64,000 nucleotides of DNA from NCBI GenBank assembly GCA_963751105.1, contig CAVVTG010000001.1, forward strand, positions 582,344 to 646,343, given 5' to 3'. The stretch comes from an uncultured Thermoleophilaceae bacterium. GTDB lineage: Bacteria > Actinomycetota > Thermoleophilia > Solirubrobacterales > Thermoleophilaceae. Made by a program: the position numbers and the translations under genes. Below, piece by piece: positions 55,522 through 64,000 of this stretch (the stretch's first letter is position 1; each line of letters starts with the position of its first letter). Below the pieces are notes generated by a model. The model saw only the letters and a program-made list of their open reading frames with translations, was not told the origin of the DNA and ran no database searches.

Positions 55522-57985
55522 GTGATCGCGGCACGAGGGCGGGGCGGTCTGCTCGCCATCACCGCGCTGGCGTGCGTGCTGTCGGCGCTGTTCGCCGGTT
55601 CCGCCGCCGCCGCCAACAAGACCACCGTCACGGCGTCGAAGGCCGTTGCCAAGGCCTGTCACACCAAGTTTGTCGGCAATCGTGCGCGCACCGATGTAGT
55701 GCGCTCGAGGTCGACCGCCGAGGGGCTGTTGCGTGTCCGTCTCAAGGGACGCGGCGACTGGGACCTCGGCGTTTTCGACGCCAAGACCAAGCGCTCGGTG
55801 GCCGGATCGGCCGCCCTGCGCGGCAACGAGCTGGCCGAGGGCTTCGTCACGAAGGGCCAGCGTCTGCTGATCCAGGCCTGCCGCTTCGGAGGTAAGGCCG
55901 ACAACGCCCGGGTGTCGGTGAACTACCTCGCCACCCCGCCGCCGAGCACGAGCGGCCCGGCGCAGGTGGTGGACGTGTCCACGCCCACCCGCGCGGACAA
56001 GGAGCGCCTCCAGCGGCTCGGCCTCGACCTGACCGAGCACGGTGACGCCGACTCCCTCGAGGTCGTGCTCTACGGCGCCGAGGACGCCGCCGTGCTGCGG
56101 CGCAACAAGTTCCGCTACACGGTGGAGATCGCGGATCTGGCCAAGCGAAACGAGGCCAACCGCCGTGCCGACCGGCGCTATCAGGCGCGTGTGGCTCAGG
56201 TCGGCAGCCAGCTGCCGAGCGGTCGCACGACCTATCGCCGTCTACCCGACTACGAGTTCGAGCTGAAGCTGCTGGCCAACCGCTACAGCGACCTGGTCAA
56301 GCCGATCACGCTCGACTACCGGACGCATCTCGGCCGTGACGTGATGGGGATCGAGATCGCCACGGATCCGTACAACACCCGCGACGGCAAGCCCATCTTC
56401 CTGAACATGGGCGTGCATCACGCGCGGGAATGGCCTTCGTCCGAGCACGCGCTCGAGTGGGCCTACGACCTCCTGACCAACTACGGCCAGGAGCGGCGGA
56501 CCACCCGGCTGGTGAGGGACACCCGCAACATCGTCGTCCCGATCGTCAACCCGGACGGGTTCAACATCTCCCGCGAGGCGCCGGACTTCCCGCCGGCGAC
56601 CGAGTTCGGGCGCTTCTCGTACGAGATGAAGCGCAAGAACTGCTGGCCCGACCCGGACGCGACCGGGCCGTGCAACGCCAGTTCGCGCGGGAGCCTGCTC
56701 GGGGTCGACCCCAACCGCAACTACGGCGGCTTCTGGGGCGGCGCGGGTGCCAGCACCGATCCGGACGACAACACGTTCCGCGGAACGATGCCGTTCTCGG
56801 AGCCCGAGACGCAGAACATCCGCGATCTCCACTCCGAGCGGCAGATCACCAACCTCATCTCGAACCACACGTACTCGAACCTCGTGCTGCGCCCGCCGGG
56901 CGTGGCCGATACCGGCTTCCCGCTGGAGGAGCCGCTGCTGCGAGGGCTCGGTGCGGAGATGACCAGCCACAACAACTACGCCAACGATCCGAGCTTCGAG
57001 CTCTACGACACCACAGGCGCGACGGAGGACTGGACGTTCTGGACCGCCGGCGGCCTCGGCTACACGTTCGAAATCGGGCCGAATCGAGTTCCACCCGCCG
57101 TACCAGACCGGCGTGGTGGCCGAGTACCTCGGTCTGGCTCCCGCGGCCGGCGCCGGCCAGGGCGGCAACCGCGAGGCCTACTACGAGATGCTCGAGGCCA
57201 CGGCCAACTCCCGTTACCACTCGCTGGTCACGGGCCGCGCCCCGGAGGGGGTGAACCTGAAGGTCAAGAAGAGCTTCATGACCGCCACCTCCCCGGTGTG
57301 GAACGACGACTTCGGCAACGACATCGGCAACCCGATGCTGTTCCCGGATTCGCTGGAGAGCTACTACCGGTCAGAGGGTGGCCGCTTCCAGTGGCACATG
57401 AACCCGTCGACGCGGCCGGTGGTGGCCGGGCGCTCCGGACGGGACGCCACCGGTCCGCCGCAGGCTCAGATCACCCTGCCCAACCCGGCCGGCCAGCCCG
57501 TGGAGAACACGGGCTACCCGGACGGCGCCTACGAGGCCGTTCCGTTCACGGTTCAGGGTCCGCCCGCCGTGGACAACGGCCGGCTGACGGTGCACATCGA
57601 GTGGACCAACCCGGACACCGACTGGGACCTGTACATCGTCGACGCCGCGGGCGAGGTAGTCACCTCATCCGCCTCGTTCGGCGACACGACCGAGGACGCG
57701 GTGTTGTTCGATCCGCCTCCGGGTCAGTACACGGCCCACGTGGTCAACTACGACCAGGTCGACGGGCAGCCGTACGACGACTGGTCGAACGGCTACGCGG
57801 CCTTCCAGAGCCCGCAGCCGACGGTGATCGGGCCGCAGGAGGCCTGGCAGCTGAGCTGCGAGGACGCGGACGGTCGGGTGCTGGCCACCCGCAACCTCGT
57901 GGTCGACCGCGGCGATCGAGTGAACATCGGTCGCTTCTGCGGTGGAGCCATGGCGGCCAAGGTCAGCGCCAAGCGCAGCCGCTAG
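55522..57985 (+). pseudogene. Secreted M14 zinc carboxypeptidase with C-terminal pre-peptidase (PPC-like) domain; reading frame broken near 57085
   Basis: It has a signal peptide, zinc ligands HHAREW, and GYTFEIGPN. Coding then continues only in the +1 frame (EFHPPYQTGVVAEYLGL... to the stop at 57985). Removing C57085 restores one 820-aa ORF. Confidence 0.65.
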
Positions 57986-58010
57986 ACGGAAACCGACAGA
58001 AGCTGGACTG

Positions 58011-58036
58011 GACGCGCCGCCTTCGGGCGGCGCGTC
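58011..58036. terminator. Bidirectional terminator hairpin GACGCGCCGCC-UUCG-GGCGGCGCGTC
   Basis: It has an 11-bp perfect stem with a UUCG tetraloop. It sits between the convergent carboxypeptidase and WYL regulator genes and is followed by TCGTCT. Confidence 0.55.
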
Positions 58037-58058
58037 TCGTCTGGTACCGCGGACGCGC

Positions 58059-60095
58059 TCAGCGCTTGACCACGCCGGCCAGCGCCTCGGCGGCGTCCAG
58101 CACGGCCTGGCGGGCCTCCTCGGGCTCGAGCACGACGGCGTCGCCGCCCTCCTTGAGGATCTCCCGGGCCAGCCATTCGTGTGAGGCATAGCCGCGCTCG
58201 ACGATCACCGAGCCGTCGGCCATCTCCTCGACCACGCGACGGTCCTCGCGCGCCCAGCGCGCGCGCTCGGGTGAGATCCACACCCGGGCGATCGCCGAGG
58301 AGGGCACCTCTCCGGTGGACAGCCAGCCGTGGAGATCGGGCTCGACGCCCGGGCGCGGATCGAAGCTCTCGTCCAGCACAGTGGCCTCGCGCACCCGGTC
58401 GAGGCGGTAGGAGCGCGGCTTGTCCTTCTCGAGGTCCCAGGAGTGGATGTACCAGCCCTCCTGGCCGTTGACGAGCTTGTAGGGCTCGACCACCCGCTCG
58501 ATGAACTCGTCCTCGTTCTCCTTGTAGTAGTCGATGCGCAGCAGCCGCCGGGCGATGATCGCCTCCGACACCACGCGCGCCACCTGGGAGTCGTCGCCCT
58601 TCGCCGTGGTGATCTGGAGGCCCTCCTCGGCGGGATCCTGACCGAGCGCATCCACGATCTTCTGGCGGGCGGAGTTGAGCGAGCCCTCGGGCAGGTGCTC
58701 GCCGATCAGGTCGATCGCCGCCACGAGCGCCTTGGCCTCGAGCGGGAGCAGCCGCGCCGGCCGGGCGAAGTTGTCGCCGTAGGGCTCGGGATCGACCTCG
58801 ATCTGGTCGCCCTGGATCTCGGCGTAGAGCACGTAGGAGCCGCCGCCGAAGTTGACGACGTTCAGCACGTCCACGTCCTGGCGCAGCTCCTGATCGGAGA
58901 TCTGAAGCGTCTCGCCCAGCTCGCTGACGTCGAGCTTGCGGCCCTCGCGGGCGGCATCGATCAGGAGCCCGGCGAGGGTTACCAGCCGGGCGAAGCGCTC
59001 CGGGCGGATCGGCGACTCGTGGCCCTCGTCGTCGTCCTCCTCCTCGGCGCGACGGCGCTTCGAGGCGCGCTTGCCCAGTTCGGGCGGCTGGGCGTGGCGC
59101 TCGATCACGAGCTCGAGCCGCTCCCGAGCCTCCGCCGCCAGCTCGTCCGGGCCCTCGATGCTCGCCTGATCCTCGAGCCCGAGCAGCCAGGACACCATCT
59201 GACGCGAGTCCGCGTAGTCGGTCTCGAAGATGACGCCGCCGTCGGTCTCTGACACCTCCCCGGCGTGGCCGAAGTGCCGCAGGGCCAGCCAGTCGATGCG
59301 CTCGGAGAGGCGGATGCGCGCGCGACCGATCGTGTCCCCGAGCTGCCAGTCGGTGCGGGTGGCGTAGATGCGCGGGTCGAACTCCTCCGGGCGATTGAAG
59401 TCGTGCTCGGCCTTGGAGGAGTAGCCGACCTTGCCGCGGATGCGCGAAACCCGGAACACCCTCATGTCCTCGCGCTCGTGCGAGTAGCCGATCAGGTAGA
59501 ACTGCCCGCCGCGGTAGAGCAGGTGGTAGGGGTCGACCTTGCGGCGCTCCTCGGCGTCCCGGCCGATCGTGTAGTACTCGAACAGGATCGTCTTGCGGCG
59601 GAAGATCGCGGTCTCCACCTTGGACAGCCGCTGCGACAGCCCGCGGCCGCCCGCCCCGGCGGTCACGGCGAGCGCGACGCTGCGCTGCTCGGGTGCGTCG
59701 AGCGGGGAGGGCTTGCCCCAGGACAGCTGCTGCAGGGCCAGGCGCAGCGGCTCGGCGTAGGCAAACTCGCCGTCGAGCAGCTGCAGCGACATCCGCAGCG
59801 CGCCGAGCTCCTCGTCGGTGAACTCGACCGCGGGCAGGTAGAAGTTCTCGGGCGGCAGCGAGTAGTTCTCGGCCTCGTAGTAGCCCTCCGCCGGCTTGTC
59901 GACCTTGAGGTGGATGCCGAGCGAGTCGAGCTCCGCGCGGTCGGCGTAGAAGCGACGGGCGAACGCCTCGTCGTTCATCTGCGAGTAGCCCTCCACGTCC
60001 TGCTTGATCTCGAGGGCAGACACGGGCCGTCGCTCCGCCATCAGGAACGAGATCAGGCTGAGCTGACGGATGAGCTTCTCTGTGTCCTTGGCCAT
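58059..60095 (-). CDS. Fused tandem HTH-WYL regulator (PafB-PafC-like single polypeptide, 678 aa)
   Basis: It contains two successive modules, each with a winged HTH (LIRQLSLISFLMAERRPVSALEI...; FARLVTLAGLLIDAAREGRKLDVSEL...). Each also has a WYL-type core (ILFEYYTIGRD..VDPYHLLYRGGQFYLIGY; LRIDYYKENEDEF..VEPYKLVNGQEGWYIHSW). Confidence 0.8.
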   Translation of the reverse strand: MAKDTEKLIRQLSLISFLMAERRPVSALEIKQDVEGYSQMNDEAFARRFYADRAELDSLGIHLKVDKPAEGYYEAENYSLPPENFYLPAVEFTDEELGALRMSLQLLDGEFAYAEPLRLALQQLSWGKPSPLDAPEQRSVALAVTAGAGGRGLSQRLSKVETAIFRRKTILFEYYTIGRDAEERRKVDPYHLLYRGGQFYLIGYSHEREDMRVFRVSRIRGKVGYSSKAEHDFNRPEEFDPRIYATRTDWQLGDTIGRARIRLSERIDWLALRHFGHAGEVSETDGGVIFETDYADSRQMVSWLLGLEDQASIEGPDELAAEARERLELVIERHAQPPELGKRASKRRRAEEEDDDEGHESPIRPERFARLVTLAGLLIDAAREGRKLDVSELGETLQISDQELRQDVDVLNVVNFGGGSYVLYAEIQGDQIEVDPEPYGDNFARPARLLPLEAKALVAAIDLIGEHLPEGSLNSARQKIVDALGQDPAEEGLQITTAKGDDSQVARVVSEAIIARRLLRIDYYKENEDEFIERVVEPYKLVNGQEGWYIHSWDLEKDKPRSYRLDRVREATVLDESFDPRPGVEPDLHGWLSTGEVPSSAIARVWISPERARWAREDRRVVEEMADGSVIVERGYASHEWLAREILKEGGDAVVLEPEEARQAVLDAAEALAGVVKR

Positions 60096-60176
60096 GGATT
60101 CACGAGGATAAGCGGGAAACCTGGCCGTCGCGCCCCTTTGCCGGTTGGCGCCCGCTATTTACGGGGTTTGACCTGC

Positions 60177-61169
60177 TCAGGCCGCGCGATTGGCGCGCGG
60201 CGCGAAGTAGGCCGAGGTGGAGATCCCGCGGTCGAACTCCGACCAGCGGGCGCCGTCGGCCAGCGCCTTCTCGATCCGGTCGAAGCTCCCCAGGTTGCCG
60301 CCCAGGTTGTCGATGAAGTGGACGAGCGTGGCCTCACGCGTGCACGGCACCACGGGGCTGCCGTGCTCGAGCTTGCCGTGGTGGCTGAGGATGATGTGCA
60401 GCAGGGACTCGGCATCCTCGGCCGGGAAGCCGGCGATCTCCTCGATCGCGCGGCGCACGGTGTAGTAGCCGAGCGGGATCTCGCCGAGCAGCTTGCCGGC
60501 GTCGGTGAGCTCGATGGCGCCGTTGCGCGACGCGTAGGCCTCGACCTTGCCGATGTCGTGAAGCAGCGCTCCGGTGACCGCCACGTCGCGGTCGATGCCC
60601 GGGAAGGTGGCGGCCAGCGCGCTCACGCCCTGCGCCACCGAGAGGCAATGCTCGAGCAGCCCGTGACGGTAGGCCTGGTGGTAGTACTTGGCCGCGGGGG
60701 CCTCGTGGTAGATGCGGCCGGTGTCGGTGGAGGGACCGATCAGCCGGGCCAGCAGCTGGCGCAGATGGGGGCGCTGGATCGTGCCCGCGAGCTCGCGCAG
60801 ATCGGCGGCCATCTGCTCGTACGGGATCGGCGGACCCTCGGTGAGGTCGGCGAGGTCGTATTCGCCCTCCATCGCTCCGCGCAGCCGCTTGACCGTGAGC
60901 GTGGCCCCGTAGCGCTCGTCCACGGTGTAGCGGCCGAGCACCCGGACGACCGAGCCGCTCGGGCAGAGCGGGGCGAGCACCTCGACCTCGTCCCAGACCA
61001 CGGCCTCGACGCTGCCGGTGAGGTCTCCGAGCTGGAGCTTGATGAAGCTCTCGCCGTTGCGCTTCTGGCGCTGGGAGTGGCTTCGCACGACGAAGATGGA
61101 GTCCACCTCCTGGCCGTTCGCGAGGTCGCGAACGAAGCACCGGGAGGGGATGAGGGTGGGCTGGTCCAT
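60177..61169 (-). CDS. OB-fold + HD-domain nuclease (YhaM-like 3'-5' exonuclease family)
   Basis: The N-terminal OB fold shows FIKLQLGDLTGSVEAVVWD. The HD domain shows HQAYRHGLLEHCL, ALLHDIGK and LSHHG. I prefer the ATG at 61169 (MDQPTLIP...). Confidence 0.78.
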   Translation of the reverse strand: MDQPTLIPSRCFVRDLANGQEVDSIFVVRSHSQRQKRNGESFIKLQLGDLTGSVEAVVWDEVEVLAPLCPSGSVVRVLGRYTVDERYGATLTVKRLRGAMEGEYDLADLTEGPPIPYEQMAADLRELAGTIQRPHLRQLLARLIGPSTDTGRIYHEAPAAKYYHQAYRHGLLEHCLSVAQGVSALAATFPGIDRDVAVTGALLHDIGKVEAYASRNGAIELTDAGKLLGEIPLGYYTVRRAIEEIAGFPAEDAESLLHIILSHHGKLEHGSPVVPCTREATLVHFIDNLGGNLGSFDRIEKALADGARWSEFDRGISTSAYFAPRANRAA

Positions 61170-61249
61170 CGGGAACTCGAAGGTAGACCTGGACTCGGAC
61201 GGGATAGCCTGCACGCAGATGGAGTCGCCCCCCACCATCATTTCCTGAC

Positions 61250-61915
61250 ATGGGCGTGCTGGTGACCGGTGGCACCGGGGCCCTCGGCAGCGCCGTCGTG
61301 AGGGAGCTGCTGGACGCCGGCTACGCCTGCACGGTCACCTGGATCGTCGAGCGCGAGCGCGACCGGGCACGGGACGAGTTCGGCGGACGAGCCATGCTCG
61401 TGGAGGCCGACGTGTCCGACGGCGCTGCCGCCGCCGAGGCGGTCAGGCAGGTCGAGGACCTGGAGGCGGTGGTCAACCTCGTGGGCGGGTTCGACTCCGG
61501 CCCGCTCGTGCACGAGACCGAGGCCGACGACTTCTTTCGCATGCACAGCCTGAACCTCGCGCCCGCGTTCCACCTGGCCCACGCCGCGATGCCGCGGCTG
61601 ATCGAGCGCGGCGGCGGCGCCTTCGTGGGCGTCTCGGCCCAGGCCGCGCTCAAGCCGTTCCCGGGAGCCGCCGGCTACGTGAGCGCGAAGGCCGCCGTGC
61701 TCGCGTTCGTGCAGGCTCTCGACGCGGAGTACAAGTCCCACGGGATTCGCTGCAACGCGATCCTGCCGAGCGTGATCGACACGCCCGCCAACCGCGAGGC
61801 GATGCCGGACGCCGACTGGTCGAAGTGGGTCCAGCCGGCGGAGATCGCCAAGGTCGTGCGCTTCCTCGTCTCCGACGACTCGAAGCCCACCACCGGCGCG
61901 GCCGTTCCGGTCTAG
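61250..61915 (+). CDS. SDR family oxidoreductase
   Basis: It carries VTGGTGALGSAV, the catalytic YVSAKAA and NAILPSVIDTP. Confidence 0.88.
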   Translation: MGVLVTGGTGALGSAVVRELLDAGYACTVTWIVERERDRARDEFGGRAMLVEADVSDGAAAAEAVRQVEDLEAVVNLVGGFDSGPLVHETEADDFFRMHSLNLAPAFHLAHAAMPRLIERGGGAFVGVSAQAALKPFPGAAGYVSAKAAVLAFVQALDAEYKSHGIRCNAILPSVIDTPANREAMPDADWSKWVQPAEIAKVVRFLVSDDSKPTTGAAVPV

Positions 61916-62583
61916 CCGCCGCGCCCGCCGTAGTACTCGAGCGTGACGCGCCCCAGCTTCTTGGTGACCCCGGCGTTCTGGAGAGCCCCCAGTGGCGCGC
62001 CGATCAGCGGCACGTAGCGGCCGGCGTAGCGGCGGGCGAGCCGCTTGGCCAGGTACTTGGCCAGGCGCATGTGGAGGGCGTCCGTGTTGCGGCTGGAGAT
62101 CGCCTTCTCCACCGCGGCCTGCGCGAGGCGCTTGCCCACGCCGTCGAGTGCCGCGCGCGCCTCCGCAGGCGTCTCGTAGAGCCCCTGCAGCGCCAGATAC
62201 TCCGCCGGCCGCATGGGGTGGCTGGGGTCGTAGCCGTGGGCGGCGGCGATGTAGAAGACCATGCGGCTCTGGATCCAGAGCAGCGCGACCACGTCGGGTG
62301 CGAGGGTGAACACCCCGCCCAGGCCGAGCGCCCCGCCCTCGAGTCGCGCGAGGCGCACGTGCTTTCGGTAGGCCACCTTGGCCAGGTGCTCCGGCGTGTG
62401 CCCCGGTCCCGCGATGCGCACCCACTCCTCGGCCTGCGGCGCGAAGCGCTCGGCGGCGGCAAGGGCGATGTACTCCGGCGCTCGGTCGGGTTCGGCCAGG
62501 ATCCGGTTCCAGAGCGACTGGGGCGGGCGCCCGATGTGCTCGATGTGCTCGTCGCCGGGGGCGATGGTCTCGGTGTCGGTCAA
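61912..62583 (-). CDS. EcsC-like family protein
   Basis: Its pattern (LAPDVVALLWIQSRMVFYIAAAHGYDP...IGAPLGALQN) resembles the EcsC family. This assignment comes from memory of the family and was not searched. Confidence 0.45.
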   Translation of the reverse strand: MTDTETIAPGDEHIEHIGRPPQSLWNRILAEPDRAPEYIALAAAERFAPQAEEWVRIAGPGHTPEHLAKVAYRKHVRLARLEGGALGLGGVFTLAPDVVALLWIQSRMVFYIAAAHGYDPSHPMRPAEYLALQGLYETPAEARAALDGVGKRLAQAAVEKAISSRNTDALHMRLAKYLAKRLARRYAGRYVPLIGAPLGALQNAGVTKKLGRVTLEYYGGRGG

Positions 62584-62701
62584 CTGGGCCTTTTCGGAGT
62601 CATGGGGTGGCGTAGCCTTTTCAGGTGCAGGTCGGTTGTGCGGATTGCCCGGCGGGCGGCCGGGTAATCACAAGGTTGACCCATCGAAAGGTAGGAGACC
62701 C

Positions 62702-63214
62702 ATGGCTACCCAGACTTCACCTCGACACGGCATCCTGAGCGACGAGCTCACTGAGCAGCGCGAGCAGCTCATCGAGATGCTCACCAAGGCGTACTGGATG
62801 GAGATCGAGACGGTGATGAGCTACATCGCCAACTCGATCAACCCCGACGGCGTGCGCGCCCAGGAGATCATCGAGTCCCTGGAAGAAGACATCATGGAGG
62901 AGCTGGGTCACGCCCGTCAGTTCGGCGAGCGCATCAAGGAGCTCTACGGCGTGGTGCCGGGCTCGCTCGACTTCAACGCCGAGCAGTCCTTCCTCCAGCC
63001 TCCGGGAGAGCAGACCGACATCGTCCACGTGATCAAGGGCGTGATCGAGGCCGAGGGCGGGGCGATCGAGCACTACAACCAGGTCATCGAGTTCTGCGAG
63101 GGCAAGGACCCGGTGACGCAGGACATGGTCATCGCGATCCTCCACGACGAGGAGGGCCACCGGCGTCTGTTCGAGGGCTTCCTGCGCGAGTACGCGTTGG
63201 AGGGGCTCGCCTAG
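62702..63214 (+). CDS. Ferritin-like/bacterioferritin-like di-iron four-helix-bundle protein
   Basis: An AGGAG RBS precedes it. It has E..H pairs (EDIMEELGHARQF; HDEEGHRRLFE). Confidence 0.7.
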   Translation: MATQTSPRHGILSDELTEQREQLIEMLTKAYWMEIETVMSYIANSINPDGVRAQEIIESLEEDIMEELGHARQFGERIKELYGVVPGSLDFNAEQSFLQPPGEQTDIVHVIKGVIEAEGGAIEHYNQVIEFCEGKDPVTQDMVIAILHDEEGHRRLFEGFLREYALEGLA

Positions 63215-63783
63215 AGCAGCTCGGCCAGCAGCACGGCCGTCCCGAACACCGCAGCTACCGCGGCCACGGCGCCCACCACGGCGGTGGGCGGCCCGCCGTG
63301 GATGCCGGTCTCGTGCACGGCGGCGTGACCCTTGCCGCGGGCCAGCAGCCAGCGGTTGACCGGGAAGGCCACCATTCCGGCCAGCACCAGGGCCACAGCC
63401 AGGCTGCCCCAGAACAACAGGTCGCCCACGCCGGCTTCCATCGCTCCCGGGATCACGAGCAGGATCAGGTTGTCGACGATCTCCATCGTGGCGATCGACA
63501 GGGTGTCCGAGGCCAGCGCGATCGGGACCACCACGGCCAGCGCCAGGCCGGCGCGCAGGAGCGGCAGGCTGGTGAGCGCGTACCCGAACAGGAAGGCCAG
63601 CCCCACCGCGAGCGCGATCGTGCCCCAGTCGGAGAAGCCCAGCGCTGTGCCGATGACTATCCCCAGCACCTCGCCGATGGCGCAGCCGGTGAGACAGTGG
63701 AGCGTCGCGCTGAGAGCCATGCCGTCGAGCGCGCGACCGCTCGTGGGCATGGGACCGTGGTGATGCTGAGCCGAGGCTTCCAT
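63211..63783 (-). CDS. Membrane protein with HCxxGCxxGE motif (resembles DUF4396)
   Basis: It carries ATLHCLTGCAIGEVLG and 4-5 TMS. It converges on the ferritin-like gene with a 4-nt overlap. Confidence 0.6.
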   Translation of the reverse strand: MEASAQHHHGPMPTSGRALDGMALSATLHCLTGCAIGEVLGIVIGTALGFSDWGTIALAVGLAFLFGYALTSLPLLRAGLALAVVVPIALASDTLSIATMEIVDNLILLVIPGAMEAGVGDLLFWGSLAVALVLAGMVAFPVNRWLLARGKGHAAVHETGIHGGPPTAVVGAVAAVAAVFGTAVLLAELL

Positions 63784-63798
63784 GATCAGCAGCCTACC

Positions 63799-63815
63799 AT
63801 ACCCCAGGGGGGTAT
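63799..63815 (-). promoter_or_regulatory. CsoR-type operator-like palindrome ATACCCC-AGG-GGGGTAT
   Basis: It is a 7-bp perfect inverted repeat 16 nt upstream of the membrane-protein start. It resembles published CsoR sites of the ATACCCC..GGGGTAT type. Confidence 0.4.
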
Positions 63816-63829
63816 CTGAGATGTTGCGG

Positions 63830-64000
63830 CTAGCGGACGAGCTCCATCAGCAGCTCGTCCTCCCATTCTCCCGAGGGCTGAATGCGCTGGGAGCGCCGCA
63901 GCACGCCCACCCGGCGAAAGCCGAGCTTCTCGTAGACGTGGATGGCCCGCGCGTTGTCCGGAGAGGTGGTGAGGGTCACACGATGGTGCCCGCGCTCGTC
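63830..64000 (-). CDS. GNAT family N-acetyltransferase, C-terminal part (5' end outside the window)
   Basis: Manual translation of the minus strand gives ...DERGHHRVTLTTSPDNARAIHVYEKLGFRRVGVLRRSQ...ELLMELVR*. This is the typical GNAT motif B. It is absent from the ORF track because no start codon lies in the window. Confidence 0.7.
   Translation of the reverse strand, partial: DERGHHRVTLTTSPDNARAIHVYEKLGFRRVGVLRRSQRIQPSGEWEDELLMELVR

Overview
The window is a very GC-rich, gene-dense chromosomal segment (GC judged by eye, not computed) with clear actinobacterial hallmarks. These include split LigD/Ku NHEJ genes, lhr-nei, a fused PafBC-like WYL regulator, several ECF sigma factors, CIRCE-controlled groES-groEL, and many 1-8 nt start/stop overlaps. 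I call about 70 protein-coding genes.

Identifiable blocks:
- NHEJ genes (2-2600).
- Fe-S carrier Mrp and an MFS exporter.
- An ArsR/SRPBCC/HD cluster.
- A complete L-rhamnose uptake and catabolism locus (17.9-30 kb).
- groESL.
- Pseudouridine catabolism genes psuG and a PfkB kinase.
- lhr-nei DNA repair genes.
- A c-di-AMP (ydaO-type) riboswitch in front of an NlpC/P60 hydrolase.
- An ABC-2 exporter plus a UdgB-like glycosylase.
- A dTDP-rhamnose block (rfbA/B/D).
- An M14 carboxypeptidase.
- A PafBC-like regulator next to a YhaM-like OB/HD nuclease.

I found no rRNA, tRNA, CRISPR array, transposase, integrase or prophage signature.

Items most worth follow-up:
1. A three-gene operon of secreted proteins (2614-4928) that share a post-signal-peptide motif and a two-cysteine module. 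I cannot place it in a named family.
2. An ECF sigma/anti-sigma pair divergent from two paralogous secreted cysteine-containing proteins (38.3-41.2 kb).
3. A secreted protein built from two 209-aa tandem copies (14.3-15.6 kb).
4. Three genes that each need removal of one base to restore an obviously continuous ORF (about 6753, 10856 and 57085).
5. Back-to-back, apparently leaderless divergent gene pairs that share one AT-rich hexamer.

Many long ORFs in the supplied track are alternate-frame or antisense shadows of real genes, as expected in high-GC DNA, and were not called. Start codons are often ambiguous. Coordinates of non-coding elements may be off by 1-2 nt.
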